Source: Salisapilia sapeloensis CBS 127946 (Eukaryota; Protista; Oomycota). From it: a stretch of DNA of 64,000 bases. The notes below the pieces were generated by a model that did not search any database, was not told where the DNA came from, and worked only from the letters and a program-made list of their open reading frames with translations. Within the stretch, counting starts at the first letter, position 1, and every line of letters begins with the position of its first letter. Both the position numbers and the translations under genes were made by a program. The stretch lies in assembly GCA_023334545.1 (NCBI GenBank), contig JAADVB010000031.1:44529-108528 (forward strand). Reading direction: 5' to 3'. Positions 47,389 through 58,600 of this stretch are shown piece after piece.

Positions 47389-48284
47389 ATGACGTGGTCA
47401 AGTGTCTTGATCACGCTCATCTGCCTTGCTCGTGTGGCGAGTGGCAGTGGTATTGGAGCATCGAATGTGCATGTCTAGTCACCAATCCTGACAAGCTATC
47501 GTATTCATACATGTGTGTATAGAGGTCAGAAGTCTGTTCGACGACGGAAAAGGAGCTTCAAGCACTCTTGATAGATGATACGCAGCTGCATGAAGGTATT
47601 GAAGGCAACCAGGTTGCCGAAACCGAGTGCAAGTACATTCTTGAAACTGGTATCCTTCGACATCGTACGGATGAGGAGCAGGCAGCGTTGTGTGATCTCG
47701 ATTGCTTTGCCACACTTGCTACAAAGTATAAGACTCTGCTAGATAATGACTGCTACGTGGGTGAAGATGAGGATGCTAGGGCCAGTGCTAGTCTCCAAGC
47801 TGCATCCTTCCAAATCGCTTGTCAAACGACTATCGAAGGCAAATACTGCAGTAAGCACATGCTTGTGCATAGGCGGCAAGTAGATACGTCCTGACGCTGA
47901 TACTAGTTCAGAAACTTGCGAATCTAGTGCTTTCTGCAGGTGATACGATCGACCTTTGTAGTGATGTTGTGAGTGGACTGGGATGTTGCTTTCAAAGCTA
48001 TCGACAGTACATGATGTATGGGACGGAAGCTAGCAAGGAGGAGATGAACAAGGCACAGCAGCTATGCATCGAAGATGGCGTGGATGACATACAGGACGTG
48101 TGTCCATGTGGAGAAGGGAACATGTTCAACATCCATGCAACAAAAGACTCCAAGATCTGTTCGGGTATGTTTCCAATGTGCATTTGGTTTACGATTCTAA
48201 CGAGTGGACGTAGCATCAGTAGCACAGAGCCTATCGCTTGCAGTAACCACTCTCGTAACTCTCGCTTCTCTCCTCCTGTTCTAA
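47389..48284 (+). CDS. Secreted cysteine-rich, probably GPI-anchored surface protein; three introns (first 47467-47522)
   Basis: Signal peptide MTWSSVLITLICLARVASG, about 15 Cys (CDLDC, CQTTIEGKYC, LGCC, VCPC), and a spliced hydrophobic tail SASVAQSLSLAVTTLVTLASLLLF*. Confidence 0.75.
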
Positions 48285-48321
48285 CGAAACAAATTGGAAA
48301 CTCAAGTGACTCAATATTACT

Positions 48322-49326
48322 TTAACTGTCGATCATCATGTCGTTCGTCCCTTCCTTTTCGTCACGCATGACCTCGTCTAGACCACGTCGACTTATTTCG
48401 TTCTTCATGTAATCCACAAACTCATCCAGAATGACAGGCCATGCCCCATTCTCATCAAAGTTACTCAAATCGTGATGAATCTGGTGTCCAAACTGAAGTA
48501 CTTGAAGCCAAACGTCTTTCGAGACGGCATTGCGCTGGTTCTCACGCACGAATTGGAGCCAATGATGCAACCAGAAGAAGTGTCCTGGTAGCAAGATTCG
48601 CCATAGTTCTAATGCCGATTCGAGCGACAAACTCTTTTGGGTTGGATCTTTACTATAATTAAAAGTGTACGCATAAACTTGTGCAAAGTCTTGGAGAGAA
48701 AATAGTTTGGAGCGTAGCATGGGGAGCTGCTGCTTGATCTGGTCGGTAGTGACGCAGTCTAGTACTTCCATCCCATGATGGAACTCTTTTCGGGTGTAGA
48801 TACACGCTGTTTCTGCTTGCATCGCCCAGCTAATAACAAGCACGACAGGGTCCTCTGGTGTGATCCCGAGCTCTTCACAAAAAGCGACAATACCGTCGTC
48901 AGTCATTTCATCTGGGCTATCTGGATCCTGGAAGCGATTGAACGTAGCATCAATTTCCTTGGACGTCGCTTTCTTCTGGACTCGCTGTTTCTTCGTGCCA
49001 AACGTATTGGATAGCTACGATGCATTTCCGTCATACACACCCTACATTCGTCTCGCTAACTAAAATACCTCTGTAGAAGCACTTCGTTTCGTTCGAATCT
49101 TGCTATGATCCTGCCTTTCATGCGCTGTTCGCTGCTGAATGCGTTCCACCAGCTCCGACTTGCGTCCTGTGCTACGAATTCCTACATGCACTTGACTAAG
49201 TATCGTAGCTCAATTGCATAGAGCCATGTCTAGCAAATATGATGTACTACCTAATCGCTTGCACATCTCAGACAGTTCCTTCACACGTAGACTCGTGAGA
49301 TCCATCTCGGATGTGAGCTTTTCCAT
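48322..49326 (-). CDS. DCN1: DCN1-like cullin neddylation E3 with N-terminal SAP motif; introns 49182-49250 and ~49015-49068
   Basis: Spliced MEKLTSEMDLTSLRVKELSEMCKRLGIRSTGRKSELVERIQQ (SAP), then DGIVAFCEELGITPED...LVISWAMQA, FAQVYAYTFNYSK..QKSLSLESALELW, SKDVWLQVLQF...DENGAWPVILDEFV (PONY domain). Confidence 0.9.
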
Positions 49327-49481
49327 TCCTAATAGCTAGCTGTCTTGTTTGACATATCGTCTCCTCGTCTCTCTCCGCCGGCTGTTCTCTGACGCCACGG
49401 CAGGCGATTCGAGCGACTCGTAACTTGGCATCCACATTTTCCATCCTTCTACACGACTTGAAAGCTTCTTCTTGTTGCAAT

Positions 49482-50288
49482 ATGACAAGGAATAATGGAG
49501 CGCAGCGATTCTTGCTTAAAAGAAGACGGAAACGATGTATGGAGGATGTGGCACTCCAGAATACGATGCGACAGAGCTCGTATAACTACTTCGAGCAGTG
49601 CGTTGATACGAATGCACGAGCGTTTAAGCGCCAGCGAACGCTTGCGGAGCAATTGGATGCATTGTGTTTAAAGCAGCCCACGTATAGTAATGAGTCGATG
49701 TGTGGGACGCAGGAAGTGGACATGGAACGAGAGAAGAAGACGCGAGACTTGACGACGACAGACATGGGTGCTGTCGTCATGAGTGCTCCAAGTGACAGAG
49801 CTTCGCAGAATTTAATGAACTTTTTAGTCGATGGAAGAGGAAATGTCCTCTATCCGATGGACAAGTTGCTACGAGAATGTGCTGCAGCCTTGCATCAGAG
49901 CGTGGATGGGATGGCGTTGGACGAAGTCGAAGGAACGGAGGTTGTTGCGTACAGACCTCCAGAGACGCCAGCTCCACACCGGTCATACTTATCTTTTACG
50001 CCGGACGAGCTAGAGGCGTTTGCTGGTCAAGAGAGACTAGTCCGGTTCTTGCATCGACAAGGTCGAGCGACAGCACGAGAGGGATACGAGCCTCGTTTTA
50101 TTCCTATCCAAGACCAAGACGAAGGCGAAGACCTGCGTCGGACACCACTGGAGCAACGGCTGGAAGCAGAGGCCATGCAGAGCAGTGACGAGGAAGACGA
50201 TATGCCTATGAAAAAGGTCCAGCCACATGGCTCTGGTGTGATCACCCATCAGGAATGGTTCCTCGAAGACACGGACGATTCGCTTTAA
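49482..50288 (+). CDS. Hypothetical protein (start uncertain, 49482 or 49539)
   Basis: Long single ORF with coding-like composition, divergent from DCN1, no recognised motif. Confidence 0.65.
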   Translation: MTRNNGAQRFLLKRRRKRCMEDVALQNTMRQSSYNYFEQCVDTNARAFKRQRTLAEQLDALCLKQPTYSNESMCGTQEVDMEREKKTRDLTTTDMGAVVMSAPSDRASQNLMNFLVDGRGNVLYPMDKLLRECAAALHQSVDGMALDEVEGTEVVAYRPPETPAPHRSYLSFTPDELEAFAGQERLVRFLHRQGRATAREGYEPRFIPIQDQDEGEDLRRTPLEQRLEAEAMQSSDEEDDMPMKKVQPHGSGVITHQEWFLEDTDDSL

Positions 50289-50419
50289 CATTTTTAATCA
50301 TCTATGAAGTTTACAATCCAAGTGCATTGGATGTCTATCTGTAGAAATGTTCGTTTATACGAGTTATGCATATCGTGATTCGGACGTTCTTAAACTTGTC
50401 AAAATGTATTTCGCCTTCG

Positions 50420-52462
50420 TTACTTGTAGTAGACACGAAGAGCTGCCGTGAGCATGAGCAGTCCAGTCGTGATGACGACACCCGATCGGCCTCGCTTGGC
50501 CTTGACATTCGCCTTGACAAGAGGATCCTTCGTCTCGATCAAGAGTTCGTGGTGCATGACTTTCGGATCGTGGCGGTAGCAGAGGATCTCGTAGCCATCA
50601 TTTTTTTGCACTTCGAGGCTTCCGTCCGAAATATGGACCGTGTAGCCTTCGCGATAGTGGACATGAGGCACAAACACTTCCGTGGCTCCTTCCATGGTAG
50701 TTTCCGTCATTTCCGTCGTGTCGAATTTCAGTTCATACGTCTTAAGGTCCTTGGAGAATCGAGACTCACGAGGTAGTCCCGCCACCTTTTGTGGACAAGG
50801 TCTCGCGAATGCGTACAAAGCTCTCGCTGATCCGTCTCGATCGTTCGAGAACTGCTTTTGCTGGTCTGGACTAACGAGACTCAAGTCCTCCAGGTTCCAT
50901 AAATCACCATATCCGTTCTTGTTGTCGGTCGCGTAGCACCATAGCGTGTAGTTTGCCATGTTCGCTTCCAGACAAGAGATCGTACGGTCCAGTGCTTCCT
51001 CTTGTTCCGAAAAGTCTCCAGTCTTGAAGGCGTAGCCATTGGACAGATTGTACGGGATGCCAACTTCACCCACGAGGGATGGAGCGTTGTGCATCTTGTC
51101 TTTGCCGAAGGATAAGACATGCTTAATCTGCCCTTCATGGAGCTTGCGCACAGCATCACGGCCGTACACAATACTTGATGTGCCCAAGTCGAAAGTGAAG
51201 CTTGGCATGTACTTGCATAGAAGAAGCGTGACGCCGTCGTACCAGTGCATGGCGTTGACAGCATTTGGTACAACTTGCGGATCAATGTCCGGAAACGGCA
51301 TGCCACCCAACTCGATTGGTGGCATTTCCGCAAAGAGCATGGCGTTGGGTAGCACTGATTGAATTTGCTTGGCATAACGAGCCGCGAATGGAACGTAGCA
51401 CTCGGTACCAAAGTCACAGTGAGCGAAGTAGTCCTTTCGGATCGCTTCAGGTGCTCCATCAGCACCGATACGCCAGACACCAGCATCTTTCCAGATACAG
51501 TTCTTGCCATTTTGCCACGCTCGAGTATTTCCAGGCTGCACGCTTTCGATGGCATCAGGACGACCAAGGAGGAAAGTTTTCATACCTCCTTCCCATCGCT
51601 CAACGTTACGAGGATAGCCTTCTCCGAGGCACATGCCATCGAAAGGGGTCGGATTGAGCCCCTTGCGAAGGGCTACGGCGCCAAAGCCTTCGGTAATGTC
51701 CTTGACACCGATATAGCCTGGGCATGGCTCGTTCATGGACCCGAATCCAGCTACATTCGGAAGATTCGTTAGACTCTTGGCGAGAGCAACCATAGCGTTT
51801 ATATAATGCGATTGGAGGTATTCCTGCACTTGTACACCATGGATGAAGCAGTTCGGAGCAAACTTGGAGCCAGCCCAAAACAGCGTAAACATGGTGGCAC
51901 AGGCCAACTTGTGAACATTGGTCGGCCAGATCATCTTCGGGTAGTCGGAAGCTTTCCCTCCGTACGTTTCAATGCAGATCGCAGCCTTGGTCTTTTCAAA
52001 GTTACGCGGTTCAAAGCCGACGCTTTCGAGAGTCCACATCGGAGCTCCATCACCTCCAGTCCAGCGACTCCAGACATCTTGGTGCGGATCCACGTAGATC
52101 TGCATACCGTACTCGTCCGCCTTCTTGATCAAGTCACGAATGTACTGGATGTAGGCGTAGTCATAGATTCCAGGACCTTCATGTTCGATAGCTTCCCACG
52201 TAATGATGAGACGAAGGAACGTAAGGCCCCATCGCTGGAGCTGAGCAAAGTGGACATCCGCATCTTCTAGCGGAAATGGTCTGTTTACGAACGAGACGGT
52301 CTTGGCAGCATCGAAAAAGTCCCTCGCATCCAGATCATCCGTGTGACCATATCCATATGGTAACTTGGACGATCCTCCAAGGTTCACACCTCGTAAGAAC
52401 TGCACTCGACCTTGTTGGTCGACAAAGTGCCCATCACGCATAAAGAGTTTCCCAGCAGACAT
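50420..52462 (-). CDS. Glycoside hydrolase family 5, endoglycoceramidase-related (EGCrP/steryl-glucosidase-like), with C-terminal hydrophobic anchor
   Basis: FLRGVNLGGSSKLP, RLIITWEAIEHEGPGIYD, DPHQDVWSRWTGGDGAP, acid/base motif SMNEP, HWYDG, nucleophile region VGEVGIP. Confidence 0.92.
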   Translation of the reverse strand: MSAGKLFMRDGHFVDQQGRVQFLRGVNLGGSSKLPYGYGHTDDLDARDFFDAAKTVSFVNRPFPLEDADVHFAQLQRWGLTFLRLIITWEAIEHEGPGIYDYAYIQYIRDLIKKADEYGMQIYVDPHQDVWSRWTGGDGAPMWTLESVGFEPRNFEKTKAAICIETYGGKASDYPKMIWPTNVHKLACATMFTLFWAGSKFAPNCFIHGVQVQEYLQSHYINAMVALAKSLTNLPNVAGFGSMNEPCPGYIGVKDITEGFGAVALRKGLNPTPFDGMCLGEGYPRNVERWEGGMKTFLLGRPDAIESVQPGNTRAWQNGKNCIWKDAGVWRIGADGAPEAIRKDYFAHCDFGTECYVPFAARYAKQIQSVLPNAMLFAEMPPIELGGMPFPDIDPQVVPNAVNAMHWYDGVTLLLCKYMPSFTFDLGTSSIVYGRDAVRKLHEGQIKHVLSFGKDKMHNAPSLVGEVGIPYNLSNGYAFKTGDFSEQEEALDRTISCLEANMANYTLWCYATDNKNGYGDLWNLEDLSLVSPDQQKQFSNDRDGSARALYAFARPCPQKVAGLPRESRFSKDLKTYELKFDTTEMTETTMEGATEVFVPHVHYREGYTVHISDGSLEVQKNDGYEILCYRHDPKVMHHELLIETKDPLVKANVKAKRGRSGVVITTGLLMLTAALRVYYK

Positions 52463-52644
52463 GATGTCAAGAGATCAAATTAAAATGTGGCGTAGAGCAA
52501 AATGATCGACAGGATGTAGCCACCATGTGATGAGACTTGCCCTTTTCAACCAATCACAACCATATACAATTCTAACTTCAACATGTATCCAAAGATGACT
52601 GAAAACACGCCAAAGTCGCTTAATTACTGCAAGTGTTTCGAGTA

Positions 52645-55600
52645 CTATTCTGCCGACGGTTGCTCTGCTTGCTCCTGTCCTGGCTTGGGCTTAAACACAG
52701 CGAATTGAGGGCGAGGCGGCTTTCGACCAGGTGCGCCACGCCCAGCAGGCCCACGGCCGCCACGCTGCATACCAGGTCGAGGTGGAGGTGCCATCATGGC
52801 AGCGACGGGATCCTTGCTCATAGTCGGTTTGCGTGCAGGTGGAGGCGCCATGAGAGAAGCTACAGGGTCCTTACTAGTGTCTCCACTCATGGATCCTGGA
52901 GCAGAGTGCGACGTGTCCTGAGGTGGAGGCGCCGGGCCCTTTGGCGGAGCACTTGGCATCGATGGTTCCGCAGATGCCTCCGGCTCTCCTGGAAAGACCC
53001 AGCGCTGGTTGGTCTCGTCATAGTACGCCTCCATGTGCTCACCAAGCTTGGCGACCTTGGCATCTGGGTTCATCTTGTTCGCAATGTAGGAAGACAGACC
53101 CGACAGCCAGCCGCTGGACGCGCCCTTTGAGCCACTTGGCGGTGGCGTCTTCGACCGTGGCTTTGTCTTGTCGTCCTTCTTCATGTGCGGACTCGCTACG
53201 CCTCTGTCACTAGCTGGACCGGACGGAGGGCGCACGTGTGGTGGTAAGAGCGGCTTTCCAGCATTCGACTGACGACCTTCCGTGCTATGGGCAGGAGACA
53301 TTGGCGCTAGAGTAGGCGCCGATTGGGATGTTGGAGGCTGCATAGGCGAACCAGCAGCTTCAGGCTGCTGACGTTGAGCAGGAGATTGCGGCTGCTGGAA
53401 CTGAGGAGGCTGCTGAGGAGGTTGCTGGAACTGAGCAGGAGACTGCGGCGGCTGTGCAGCCTGTTGAGCTGGTCGCTGGAATTGAGCAGGGGACTGCGGA
53501 GGTTGTTGGAACTGAGCTGCGTTCGTGTCATCGCTTGGGTAAGAAGGTTGACTATCCTGCGGTGCGTTGACGTCTGCTTGGTGTTGGAAGGACTGAGTTG
53601 CAAACGAGTCTTCTGGCATGTGAGCTCCAGTCGCAAATGGATCGTTGCCATCAGCTTGAGGCACTTGACTATCATACGCCTGTTGCTGCTCGAAGCCTTG
53701 CTGACCGAACTGCTGCGCCTGGTCAAATCCTTCCGGACCATAGCTTTGCTGCCCAACTTGGCTTCCATCAAAGCTTTCCTGACCAAGGTACTGGGACTGA
53801 TCCAAGCTTTGCTGATCAAGCTGTTGCGATTGATCCAAGCCTTGCTGACCAAATTGTTGAGACTGGTCGAAGTCATGTTGCTCGAACTGTTGCGACGGAT
53901 CATGTTGCTCATTCCCTGACGCACCTTGATGATCGTACTGCTGTTCGAACTGTTGCGACTGATTGAAGACTTGCTGTTCATGGCCTGGAATACCTTGCTG
54001 ATCAAAAGCTTGCTCCTGGCCTTGCTGTTCAAAGCTTTGCTGACTCATGTGCATTTGGTCCGAGACTTGGTATTCCAGAGACTGTTGCGAAGGATCAAAC
54101 TGCTGCTCCGTCTCTTGACCTACTTGCTGCGGATCAAACGGCTGCTGTTGTTCAAAGCCTTGCTGCCCATTGTACATGTGCTGCTCAGATCCTTGGTATT
54201 GATACTGCTGCTCTTGGAACTCTCCATACGGCGCATAGTTCGGATCATACTGCTCTGGATAACCAGGTGGATACTGACTCTGCATCTCTTGTTCGGCATA
54301 TTGCGAAGGATCAAACTGTTGCTCTCCATCAGGTAGCATCGCTCCACCCACATACGCTTGGGCTTGCTCTGGCATAGACGGAGGTTGCGGTCGAGCGAAC
54401 TGTGTTCCTGCAGTAGCTTTTGGCGCACCTTGGAAGAGACTACCTCCACCTTTGCGTCCACTTGGAGCATTTCCTTCATTCCCTTCGACCACACGATTGA
54501 CAAACTTGCCCATAATACTCAAAGCACTTCCAAAGCCCCATTTGCCTTGCTTCCCACTTGACGTCGCGACACTTTCAATACGTGCATCACCCAAGTACTG
54601 TCGCAATCGATCATCCAATACTGTCAATTGCATCTGAAGACCATCAAGATACGGCGACGATCCTTGTTTCATATTCACCGTTGCGTTGCGTAGTACCGAC
54701 AGCATCGATTGGACGTATCGAAAGGACATCTCGAGCTTCCCGTGATCGGCTAGTACCATAGCATGGATCAGTTTAAACGCTTGGAACGGAATCATACGAC
54801 TCGAGTCGCCCTTGAGCTTCGTCTGGATCCATTCATACACTTCCGTGCGTTGGACGGCCGGTGCAGAGACATATAAGCGTGCTAGTGCAGGCGTGTAGTG
54901 GTCAGCACCTAAGAGAGCAATCTTACTTTGCGGCGAAGGAGCTTCTACAGGTACACCGGCAAGCAAGTAGCACGTGTGTGCCGCGACAATGTTGTTCGTT
55001 TCTCGCCACAGGCGATCTCCGAGCTCTGTTAGTACGCGAGAAGTGTCTGCCGTGCGGTTCGCTAGGATCATCTGTGCGTGTGCGACCCAAGACGATAGGA
55101 TCGGTGAAGGTGCGTGAGGTGCATTAGCTGTCGGCATGAGTTTCTGCGGCTCTTGCACGCTCTTCTCTTGCTGGTCTGCAAAGCACATGTACAACGCTCG
55201 ACACGGATCTCCAGCAGCATAGTGCGTGCTTAGATAGGCTTGTAGCACTCGCTTATACTCTTCTCTACCGGTAAAAGACGCCAAGAGCATGGCTTCCGGC
55301 CACATATTCGCATGCACAGCCGTATCGACAGCAGTCTTCCGGTCGCCTACCATGAGCAAGTCACGCAGTTTGTCAGCGTTGGCAGATGCAGTGCTTGGCT
55401 GCACGGGCTTGGGCGTCGGGTAGTTTGTCTGTTGATTACGACGTCGACGCTGATCGCTCTCCTTGAGCATCGATAGCACTTGGACTTCTGGGCTCTTCGG
55501 GTCATTCGGATCGGTCGATGGGTCTGACCGAAGACGTCCGTTGCAGCGCATCATGACCTTGAGGACACCCAAAAGCAGACGTTCGTCTTCACTCGGGACG

Positions 55601-58600
55601 CGCTTCGCATGCAGTCTCCGGAGTCGGTCTTCCATCCATTTGAAGATAGCGGCATCGTCGGCGTCGTCTACGAGCGGACCAGGGAAGTCCTCTAGCTCCT
55701 CAAGCTGTTCATCACGCGCATGGACTTGGGACATGCGATAGACATCGACCGGACCTTTTCGTAGCTGTCCATTCGACTCATCTTCGTACTGCGGATGTGG
55801 CGACCCAGGTGCACGCGGACTATGCCGGAAGCTCTTGCCTGCGAGATTAAGATGCAGCTTTCTCTTCGGGAACATCGTCACGAGATTTCCACCAAAGCCA
55901 AAGCACGCGAGACAGGATGGAGGGACACGCGTAGGGTCCTTGGCGTACGCATTCGTCTTGATGGCTGTAGCTGGTTGCGCAGCGCCACCTTGTGTGTAGC
56001 TACTATTGTAGCTATAGTTCTGTTCATTCGGACGATCCAAGCTGTTGTAATTGCCTGGAGGTGCGTAATAGTTGGTAGGATACGCCTGTTGGTTCGGGGT
56101 ATATCCTCCGGCAAACTGTTGCGTCATGCCTTGTGCGTGAGGTGTGGACGTGTATTGGACATGGGTTGAGTCGACGCTTTCAGTCGAGACGTGTGACTGG
56201 TTAAAAGCATTGGTTGCATCGTTAAAAGCGTCTTGGTCAGGTCCGTGGCTCATGGCGAGTGGATTCGAGACGTTCGAGTCTTGTGGATGGTCTGCAGGTG
56301 GGGCATGAGTAGGTGCATCAAGAGCGCTGTAGGTCATGTCGCCACTCGACTGTGCTGCAAGCGTGCTCTCTGCCTCGTTCATGGGATACAACTGCTGCGT
56401 CTGGTCGAACTGTGTCGACGTGAGAGGCTGGTTAGCATACGGCTGGACGGTTTCACTCGTGGTAGCATCGATGTCTTGCGTCATATTCTCTTGGTAGCCC
56501 CAGAAATCACTTGAAGGACCTTGAGAGTACGCTAGCTGATCATCCGTTAGACCGACAGGTGCATTGGCATACTCTTCCGTCGATTTCTCGTACGCTGGCT
56601 CTTCAAACGTCTGCGGTGGAAGAGCGAAACTAGCGGCCGTAGGAGACGCCACGAAGAGATCGCTGGCATCAGCTGCCTCTTGGCTTTCAGCCATGTCTTG
56701 TTGCTGCTCCGGCGTCGCGTATGGCTCCAAGGCAGATGACGTGTCTTCTTCCGAGACGCCAAAGAGAGACGAAGCGTTGTTGACACGACTACCTTCTGGA
56801 GACGGAGCTCTCGGCGGACTTGCAGGAGGTGACAGCAACGGCATATCGTCTTCGCTAGTAAAGATCGTACCGGCCTGCATCGCCGTATCGTCAAACTCTT
56901 CGGATGCATGTGCCGAGCCACCGAATGGACTCTCTTCTGCAAGTGGAGACGCTGGTTCCTGTGGTGCAGTCGTCTCTGTAAACGCCGATCGGTTCGTTGT
57001 ACTGGCGTTCGAAGAGCCGACGACACTAGGTGCACGAGACGTGTCTTCATCCGAGAACGAGTGCTCACTATCGTTCTCCGAGCCATCGACTGTCGTGCCG
57101 ATGTGGGAGAACGGGCCTTCACTTACGGACGGGAAGTCCGTGGCGAAAGCAGTGCTGGCGTTCGACGAGTTCGCAATGCTCCGGTTGTCGGAGAACTCAC
57201 CGTCAGAGAGCTGTCCGTCGCTCACACGGTCGGAGCCACCGAATGTAGCACCAGCAGAGGAGACGCCGAAGGACGCGATGGAGCTACGCTCGTCTCGTGC
57301 TGTGCTCAGGAGCGTGCTAGGCGGCACGGCATCTCGCATTGGTTGGTCCGCGAACGAGATGGATGGGGAGCGACCGACTTCCCGCGTCTCTTGTCGCGGC
57401 TGCGGTGTCGTCTCCATCGTGTTTCTGGACTCGACAGTTTCTTGCATGTCTGTTTGATCGTGATGCCAGTAGAAATCATCTGACGTATGCGTCGCGTCGG
57501 CTGAAGAGTCTTCTGTCGCATTCTGATGTGACGATGCAGTCGATGCGAAGGGGTCCTGTGCTTCACTTTGATATCCTTCAGACGAAAAAGGTTGGCTAAA
57601 GTCTGCTACTTGTGCTTGATGCGATACAGACTCTTCTTTTTCCTCGACTTCATGCGAAGAAAGGAACGAATCGCTCGTTTCAGCAGAGTATTCGAACGCT
57701 AGAGAATCATCTTCTGGTGGTGGTGAGTCGGATGGAATACTTCCGAGCTGAGCCATCGTCGAACTGTTTTCTCTCGAGTCCGATTCGATTTCTTCTTTGG
57801 ATAATTTCCCAATCTCCGGCATTTCATCTAGATCGACTACGTCGTTGCCCCATCCGTCTGCATCATCTACTGGTGCTTCAAAGAGCGAATCGTCTGTAGC
57901 TGATGCATCCCAAAAGTTCGCGGCAGGAGTCGTTTCAGGAGCGATGGAGTCCGTGGTGTCTTGTCGAGGAAGCTCCGACTCTTTTACTACAGCAGGCTCA
58001 GAGGTTTCATCCACGTGATTGATTATCGAGGTCGTCGAAGTTGGTGGAGTCAATGTGTCATCAACTGCTGGCTCTTGCTGAGTGACAGGATGCGACTCGT
58101 ACGTGAACGAGTCTTCCGAAGGCTCTGAATTAGATTCACTGATGGCAGGTATGTCGGCTTCATCACCCCATGCATCACCTCCCCAATCTTCTTCCCACGC
58201 GAGTTCATCTGCTGGTGCTGGAGCATCGAATGGAGAAGTATGGAGCGAGTCTTCTTGGTTCCAAGACGGATTGGACGACTGTTCTTGTAGTGCATCCGTT
58301 TCATGCATGCTAAAAGGGTCTTCGACATGCGTTGGCATGTCTGCCGTAGACTCTGATTCGACTGGGAATGGCGTTTCAACGTTCTTTGGAGACAGAGCTG
58401 CAAAGTCATCGTCCGTAAGTTCGTCTTGACCCCACGCGTCATCGTTTAACTCGTCTAATTCTTCATCTTCATGGAGATTGGACTCGTTTGCGAACATGGC
58501 AGACGGTGAGGATGGACCCCACGTGTCTGCTTCATTCGAATCAAACGCATCGCTCTCTTCCATGCTGAATAAATCGGACGCGGGTGGCGCTATCGAAGCA

